DNA of 64,000 nt from Neoechinorhynchus agilis (taxonomy: Eukaryota; Animalia; Acanthocephala): contig CM121342.1 in NCBI GenBank assembly GCA_051530055.1, positions 12,973,480 through 13,037,479 of the forward strand, given 5' to 3'. Shown here piece after piece: positions 62,981-64,000 of the stretch; position 1 is the first letter of the stretch, and each line of letters opens with the position of its first letter. The notes beneath the pieces are model-generated. The model worked only from the letters and a program-made list of their open reading frames with translations. It ran no database searches and was not told the DNA's origin. The position numbers and the translations under genes are program-made.

Positions 62981-63784
62981 CTGCAACGCAAAAAGATCAG
63001 ATACGCGGACCTTGGTCGAAATAATTACTTGGTTTTCAGTAGGCGTCGAGACACTCGGTTCGCTTCTACAACACGGGTGAACGTTTGATCAGTCCTTTCG
63101 AACATTACGCCAAAATAGCAACTGAGTGATCCAGAGCAATGGTGTGAAGGTTCGTAATCTCTACAGGGCATTAAAATTTTGATAAATAGCGAAAAAGGAT
63201 ATGGATGTTCGATAGACACCCGTCAACTGAATATCATCCCGACTCTGAGTTTTGCTTCTATGGTGCTTATTTTTGCCCCCCCCTTCTTAATGTCTCGTGT
63301 TTTCGATAGGTTTGGTACCTTAGCCTATGTTTTTGTACTTTATTGAGCTAAGATCTGCATTGCACGTATTAGGAAACGGATTCTCGGTGCTAATGTTTCC
63401 TGTGTCAATCAATCGCAATATTTGGGTCATTATTTCGTTTGATTGGTAAAATGTTTTTACATTCCAACGACTTTTTCGATGTGAGACCAAAAAATCGCAT
63501 ATTTACTTTTTCTTCTAATATTTAAGACGTAACAAATCAATTCCCGTTATCTTGATTTTTGTACTTCACAATTCATATTTTATGCAGCGCATTAAATATT
63601 GATAAGAATAATTTTTCCTATTGAATTTCCTTTGCCTTTTTACCCGAAACGACGCTCTCGGTTTAAAGTGGCGTCGTGCGTACAACACAATACGTTTGAA
63701 TGTGTTTAACTTTTAAAATAGACGGCAAACACCTTATAAGAAATCGTGACTCTTTTTTTCTTCAGACTACCACAGGCTCTAAAG

Positions 63785-64000
63785 ATGGATAATCGTGAGC
63801 CGAAAACTTCTCCATCAAAAACCAATCAAACTTCTCCAAAGCAGAAACGTAGTTACCTCGTTTTAGAAAATAGTCGATTATCAAAAGAGAAACAACAGAT
63901 ATGTATTTCACTTCTAATTTTAAATCTCGAAGGTCAGAAATGATTAATACTTTCAATCAAGAATGAAAGCGGTAGACAAAATCCTTTCATCGGGATTTTC
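63785..64000 (+). CDS. Possible 5' end of a gene running off the window
   Basis: MDNREPKTSPSK.. frame resumes as LSIKNESGRQNPFIGIF after a hairpin containing a stop; no homology recognised. Confidence 0.3.

Noticed and set aside
199-63956. Many 60-130 aa ORFs antisense to or overlapping the genes and retroelements above
   Set aside because: Shadow ORFs with no independent motifs. Alternative (ciliate-type) genetic codes were also rejected, since long ORFs read cleanly in the standard code.

Overview
64 kb of AT-rich, compact animal (invertebrate-type) nuclear DNA, standard genetic code; the taxon cannot be identified from sequence alone. Host genes: a WD40-like protein, a multi-exon M1 aminopeptidase-like gene, an AGO-clade Argonaute, a globin, BRAP, EMC1, an RSKR/SGK494-like kinase, a LAMP-like protein, a peroxiredoxin, an SLC52 riboflavin transporter and a disrupted GID8-like gene. 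Between them lie decayed Gypsy, CRE, L1/Tx1-like, L2/Crack-like and Penelope retroelements (with minimal hammerhead ribozymes), MITE-like hairpins, a tRNA-headed SINE-like family, a ~203-bp satellite array and a 1.5-kb inverted repeat pair. Main observation: ordinary GT-AG introns (most 46-86 nt) coexist with a second class of gene interruption (about 50-750 nt). These sit where protein homology or frame rescue requires a junction, are closed by a terminal inverted repeat, and can be removed in frame from one TA to another TA, leaving one TA. There are nine cases in seven genes plus one weaker candidate, with mutually unrelated sequences. For two, no workable GT-AG reading exists; for several others a weaker GT-AG alternative remains possible. 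They could be non-canonical hairpin introns or DNA-level IES-like elements. Second observation: the SINE-like family carries hammerhead core segments in a non-circularly permuted order. All junctions were inferred by hand and need RNA/DNA read confirmation.
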